NCBI GenBank assembly: GCA_965226495.1
Contig: OZ245365.1
Span: forward strand, 3,328,001-3,392,000
DNA length: 64,000 nt
Origin: Candidatus Marinacidobacterales bacterium
GTDB taxonomy: Bacteria; Acidobacteriota; Vicinamibacteria; Marinacidobacterales; DATDRI01
Direction of reading: 5' to 3'
Shown here: positions 59,711 to 64,000 of the stretch, in pieces
How positions within the stretch are numbered: the stretch's first letter is position 1
How the letters are laid out: every line of letters starts with the position of its first letter
The notes under the pieces: generated by a model
What the model was told of the DNA's origin: nothing
Databases searched by the model: none
What the model saw: the letters and a program-made list of their open reading frames with translations, nothing else
Translations under genes and position numbers: made by a program

Positions 59711-60721
59711 ATGGCTGATATCAACACTTCCACACTGCGATTCCCAACGTTTTCTTTCTTGCGAACCGGAGTCAGGTTGCCATTGGTGCAAGCAATAAGA
59801 CTGCCTCGCCGGGCGGTGCTAGTACTGTTCTCGATAGCGGTCACTCTTCAAATGGGTTGCGACCGAGCGAGCCGAGTGGATTCCTCCCCTACCCCACACA
59901 AAGGAGCGCGCGCTTCTCTCGATGGACGCCCGCTCATTAACGTCTCGTTCACGCATCCCATCGATAATGTCGTGACCACTAGGTACCGCCAACCCTTGAT
60001 GGACTACCTGACGGCAAACACTCCTTATCGCTTTCGCGCTCTATTGAGAATCGATTCCGAAAAGACGGTCGGTATGCTAGAGCAACGGTTGGCGGACATC
60101 GCCCACTTGGGAGTCGTGAGCTACCTGGAAGCCCATAGCCAACTAGGAGCGGTTCTGTTAGTTAGACCTCTGAACCGAGACGGCGAGCCCTACTCTCGGT
60201 CTGTCTTCGTGACAGAGCGAGGCAGCACCCTACGGAAGCTCGGTCAACTCCGTGGTCGCTCCTTGGCCCTGGGTTCTTTCCACTCCACGCTGAGCAATCT
60301 CATCCCCCGCCATGAGCTCATTCAAGCCGGAGTAACGCCCGAGACCCTCGCGAGCATCGAACACTTTGCAAACGACGAAGAAGTCATCACCGCGGTCTTG
60401 GAAGGCCGCTTCGACGCCGGTGCGGTCGAGGACGTCGTCGCCTATCGGTATCAGGAAAAGGGCCTCACGATCCTTCACGTTTCCGGTCCCGTTCCCTCTG
60501 CACCCCTCGTGATCCATTCTGAGATCCCCGATCGGGTGACCGTGGCGATACGAGACGCCCTGTTGAAGCTCGACGTCCTCGGCGCGAATGAACGCCAACA
60601 ATGGGACGAGCAGATTCGTTACGGTTTCGGTCCCGCAACCGATGCCGACTACGAGCCCATCCGCAGAATCATCAAAACGTCGTCGACCGGATGCGAGCAG
60701 GCATGCCACGGAAGTCTATGA
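59711..60721 (+). CDS. PhnD-like phosphate/phosphonate-binding protein, probable lipoprotein
   Basis: YRQPLMDYL, ADIAHLGVVSY, YSRSVFV, LRGRSLALGSFHSTLS and AVLEGRFDAGAV. Hydrophobic stretch ending QMGC; the true start may be GTG at about 59786. Confidence 0.85.
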   Translation: MADINTSTLRFPTFSFLRTGVRLPLVQAIRLPRRAVLVLFSIAVTLQMGCDRASRVDSSPTPHKGARASLDGRPLINVSFTHPIDNVVTTRYRQPLMDYLTANTPYRFRALLRIDSEKTVGMLEQRLADIAHLGVVSYLEAHSQLGAVLLVRPLNRDGEPYSRSVFVTERGSTLRKLGQLRGRSLALGSFHSTLSNLIPRHELIQAGVTPETLASIEHFANDEEVITAVLEGRFDAGAVEDVVAYRYQEKGLTILHVSGPVPSAPLVIHSEIPDRVTVAIRDALLKLDVLGANERQQWDEQIRYGFGPATDADYEPIRRIIKTSSTGCEQACHGSL

Positions 60722-62727
60722 CGCACGCCGTGGCACCGAGGGATGGGAGGAATGGGAACGGTGGCATGAGTCAGTACGTCATCATCGTTCTATCGTTATT
60801 GCCGACACCGCTGTTGTTGTTTGCCTCCTCCTCTATCGACGCCTACCTCCGAAACCAAACCCTGCTGCATCATCAATACGAAGTCCTAGCACCATTCGCC
60901 AAGATTTCACTCGCGACTCTTTTAGTCGGTATTCTCTTGAGCGGACTGTCCCGGTGGCCGCGATACGGTGCGATTTTCCGCTTCTTCCTCGGGGCCTATT
61001 ACTTGACCGGCCTGCTTTTTCTTGTTTTCGCCTTCGGTCGAGGACTTCAAGACAAGTTGCCCGGGGTGAGCGCCTTGTCCTGGATGTACGGGACAATAGC
61101 GGGCCTCGCCTTCTGGCCGGTGCTACTCGTCGTTGCGACGGCCGTCCTCGGCAAACGCGTGACGCCCCCGGTGGTGCGAGCCTTCGCGGTCTTCGGAGCC
61201 GCCTTGCTTGCCTACGAAGGCGGTAGGCTGCTCTACAGTGTCTCGACCCAACAAAGCCCCGCGGCTGCAACCATCGCGAACCGAAGCGACACTTCAGATG
61301 GCAACTCCTCCCTCCCCAACATCTACCACCTGGTCTTCGACGCCTACCAAACCGATTTGTTTGAGCACTCACTTTCCGACGAGGCTAGGAAAGCCTTGGG
61401 AGGGTTCGTCTATTTCCCCAACAACAAAGCCCTCTGGGCACAAACACCGATGTCTCTCGCCTCCGTCTTTTCCGGCCGTCAATACTCTTATGACAGAACT
61501 CGAGCGAACTACATCGACGAAGCGTTCAATTCCAGGTCATCCATCCTTTACTGGCTCCGGTCACAGACGTACCAGAACGTAGCCTACGCCACCAGGAATT
61601 GGAGCAGGCGTGATGCGTACTTCGATTGGATGAGTTTCCATGGAGACGCCGCCATCGACGATCTCCGCGCTCTCAATACCGAGGCTTTCTGGAACCTTTG
61701 GGCCTACAGTAATACGCCGGCGCCCCTGAGAAATACTGTAGTGCGAACGGCATTTTTTGCCCAGCTCAACGACAAGGACATGACCCTGCTCGACGAAGGG
61801 AGACTGCTACCCGCCTCCGCACCAGTCAGATCTTATCTGAGCTTCGAGAAAATGATGGCGCAGGAAGGAAGGCTCTCCGCGACTGGCCGCTACACGATGG
61901 TACATGTACTGGTGCCGCACGCCCCACATAGACTATCAGCCGATTGCAACTACACCCTTGGGTCGACGCCGACCGGGCCGATGGAACAGACTCACTGCGC
62001 CCTCAAGATGATTCGAGAGTTCATTACTCTTCTCAAGGACCTGGGCCGATTCAACGACTCCTTGATACTCATCCACGGCGATCATGGAGGCCCGTATCGC
62101 TCCACGAACGATACTTCCACGGTGAGGGTGACGGAGGGCCGTTCCCGATCTCTGAATACGGTGCTGCTGGTGAAACCGATCGGGAGTCAGGGTGGTGGTG
62201 AGCTGGAAGCGCTTGATTCGAAAATGACCCTCTTGGACATCTCGAACATTATCTTGAGCTCGGTTGCCGGCCGGGCGCCGGGTCAAACCGGTCCTGCACC
62301 TTGGGACCCTCAACGCGTGGTCGTCCCTCTTGTCGAAGGCGAAATGATCGACTCGGCGGTGCCTATCTTGAAACGCCAGGGGTTCGAGCTGGCCGAAGTG
62401 AAACAGATCTACAGCTTCGATCACCCGGAGGGTACGGTCATCTCTCAAGCCCCCCCCGCTTACGAGAGGCACCTGGAAAAAACCCAAGTTGCCGTCGTCG
62501 TCTCCCTGGGGCATGTGGACGGGTCGGACGTCCTGCCTGATTTCTTGGGACGCGATGTTTCCGAAGTGTCCGCCTGGCTCCGAGAGAAGCAACTGCCGGA
62601 GTCCGCCATTCGCCACGTGGAGCATGCCCTTGCTCCTAGGGGGATCGTCGTGGGCCAGACGCCGCCGGCGGGTTCTCGCGCCGACGGGAGCGAGGAGATC
62701 GTTTTCTACGTGGGCAAAGGCAACTGA
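60718..62727 (+). CDS. membrane alkaline-phosphatase-superfamily (LtaS/sulfatase-like) protein with two C-terminal PASTA domains
   Basis: About five TM segments, PNIYHLVFDAY, QTPMSLAS, HVLVPHAP and IHGDHG; then VPLVEG...GTVISQAP and LPDFLG...GIVVGQTPPAG. ATGA overlap with the upstream gene. Confidence 0.8.
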   Translation: MTHAVAPRDGRNGNGGMSQYVIIVLSLLPTPLLLFASSSIDAYLRNQTLLHHQYEVLAPFAKISLATLLVGILLSGLSRWPRYGAIFRFFLGAYYLTGLLFLVFAFGRGLQDKLPGVSALSWMYGTIAGLAFWPVLLVVATAVLGKRVTPPVVRAFAVFGAALLAYEGGRLLYSVSTQQSPAAATIANRSDTSDGNSSLPNIYHLVFDAYQTDLFEHSLSDEARKALGGFVYFPNNKALWAQTPMSLASVFSGRQYSYDRTRANYIDEAFNSRSSILYWLRSQTYQNVAYATRNWSRRDAYFDWMSFHGDAAIDDLRALNTEAFWNLWAYSNTPAPLRNTVVRTAFFAQLNDKDMTLLDEGRLLPASAPVRSYLSFEKMMAQEGRLSATGRYTMVHVLVPHAPHRLSADCNYTLGSTPTGPMEQTHCALKMIREFITLLKDLGRFNDSLILIHGDHGGPYRSTNDTSTVRVTEGRSRSLNTVLLVKPIGSQGGGELEALDSKMTLLDISNIILSSVAGRAPGQTGPAPWDPQRVVVPLVEGEMIDSAVPILKRQGFELAEVKQIYSFDHPEGTVISQAPPAYERHLEKTQVAVVVSLGHVDGSDVLPDFLGRDVSEVSAWLREKQLPESAIRHVEHALAPRGIVVGQTPPAGSRADGSEEIVFYVGKGN

Positions 62728-62846
62728 ACCGGCGCCGTAGTTCCTTCTCCCTCAGTGCTGTCGATCTGGAACTGGCCGAGGAGAAAGAAGCGTGGATTGC
62801 TGCCGCTAGCCAACCAAAACTGCCCAGCAGCAGCAACCCCTCGTCG

Positions 62847-63596
62847 TCAGAGAGTTTCGCTATCGCGTAAGGGGTCGTAAACGCTGCGAATGACGACGGG
62901 CTGTTTGAAGCGGTCGTTCTCCAAGCGAACAGTCACCACCATCACACTGCCGTCGGGCGCGAGTGCGAACGTTCGGGTGAACTTGGCCGAGTCGGCCTCC
63001 TCTTCGATGATGATCTGATCACCCCTCTTATGAGCGACGGTCTCCAGATCGACACCGCCAGGGGTCTGTCGCTTATGCTTTTTTCCATCCAAGTAGTAGA
63101 TGTGTACGTTCTCTGATCCGTCGACGACGCGGATCTCGGTGTCACTCAGGCTGATCTCCAACGTCTGCGCGGCGTGCATAGCCTGGCTCATCGTCTCTCG
63201 CATGGCCTCCATCTTCTCGGAGCCGCCTCCGCGGCCGCCGCCACGACCGCCCTTGCCACCTTGAGGTCGGCCGCCACCACCACCAAATCCTCCACCGCCT
63301 TGACGACCGCCTTCCCCACCGCCCATGCCGCCCTGCTGTCCGGTCCGCCCCCCTTGGCCTCTTAAGGCCCCTTGCATCTTCTCTCGGGGGTCATCGCTCT
63401 CATCCGGGTTGCGTTCCCAAATGCCGCCCCAAATGCTATTGTCGCTCGGCGATTCTTCGCTAGCCTCGGTTTCCTGAGCGGCGGTAAGAGAAACGCTCAT
63501 CGCCAAGGCGAACAACACGAATAGCACGGCGACGACGAGGTAATCGAGTACCCTGTTTCGCTTCCGCTCGTTGGGTTGTCTCGTGTCACGTTTCAT
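62847..63596 (-). CDS. hypothetical secreted protein with a Gly-rich insert and lipocalin-like beta strands
   Basis: Signal peptide, GIWERN, GGFGGGGGR tract and a beta-strand C-terminus ending RSVYD. Confidence 0.7.
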   Translation of the reverse strand: MKRDTRQPNERKRNRVLDYLVVAVLFVLFALAMSVSLTAAQETEASEESPSDNSIWGGIWERNPDESDDPREKMQGALRGQGGRTGQQGGMGGGEGGRQGGGGFGGGGGRPQGGKGGRGGGRGGGSEKMEAMRETMSQAMHAAQTLEISLSDTEIRVVDGSENVHIYYLDGKKHKRQTPGGVDLETVAHKRGDQIIIEEEADSAKFTRTFALAPDGSVMVVTVRLENDRFKQPVVIRSVYDPLRDSETL

Positions 63597-63610
63597 CTCG
63601 ACTCTCCGAT

Positions 63611-64000
63611 CTAGAGCTCTTTATCCTGCTTGCGCTGTAGGCGTTCCTCGCGGAATTGCTCGCGATTCTCCTTGAATTCTTCGTGGTGCTGCTCGGCCTC
63701 TGCATGCAGTTGCTCGAGCTTCGCTCTCTGATCGGAATCGAGCACCTTGACCACCGCCGAAAGCTGTCGCGCCTTGAGAAACGCCGCGTGCGCCTCTGAC
63801 TTTCCTACCGCCTCCGCGGTCTGTCGGAGAATGGCCTCATCCTCTCCCCTTAGCGACGCTTCCTGCAGCAAGTTCTTTGCGGCGTAGAGCTGCTCATGCG
63901 CGTCTTTGAACAACTCGAAATGCCCCTGCATCCCCTCTCGAATGGCGTCCTTCTGCTCCGGGCGTAGATCGAGCTCTCGGAGCATCCTCATGAAATCCAT
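63611..64000 (-). CDS. Spy/CpxP-family periplasmic protein, 5'-partial
   Basis: LDLRPEQ...VLDSDQRAKL (two LTxxQ-like motifs), helical; begins beyond the window edge. Confidence 0.75.
   Translation of the reverse strand: MDFMRMLRELDLRPEQKDAIREGMQGHFELFKDAHEQLYAAKNLLQEASLRGEDEAILRQTAEAVGKSEAHAAFLKARQLSAVVKVLDSDQRAKLEQLHAEAEQHHEEFKENREQFREERLQRKQDKEL

Overview
GC-rich bacterial chromosomal window, most likely Acidobacteriota (inferred from an ADOP permease, a DUF4388-TPR protein, a FecR plus W/G-rich protein and a kinase-TolB-TPR protein). The left part is mostly housekeeping: dnaK-dnaJ-hspR, a short sigma70 factor coupled to a DnaC-like ATPase, and a CHAT-fold gene that runs off the left edge and is missing from the ORF track. 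It also holds sppA, class II RNR nrdJ with tandem NrdR boxes, mtaB, lutABC, HIT, glcG and an OM barrel/blue-copper protein/histidine kinase/sigma54 activator operon. At about 29.1-29.4 kb a cluster of DnaA boxes surrounds an AT-rich stretch (candidate oriC) next to a small RHH-like gene. From 29.8 to 48 kb, intact genes alternate with many broken ones (DinB, kinase, DppA, APC permease, ArgE remnant, ornithine cyclodeaminase, M28 peptidase, 2OG-Fe oxygenase). The right part has two minor pilins (one fused to a propeller-like domain), glpK, ppc, a lactate permease, TauE, a LamG protein, and a PhnD-like lipoprotein coupled to a phosphotransferase/sulfatase-fold membrane protein with two PASTA domains. 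No rRNA, tRNA, CRISPR array or transposase was seen. All family calls come from motif recognition by eye; no database searches were run.
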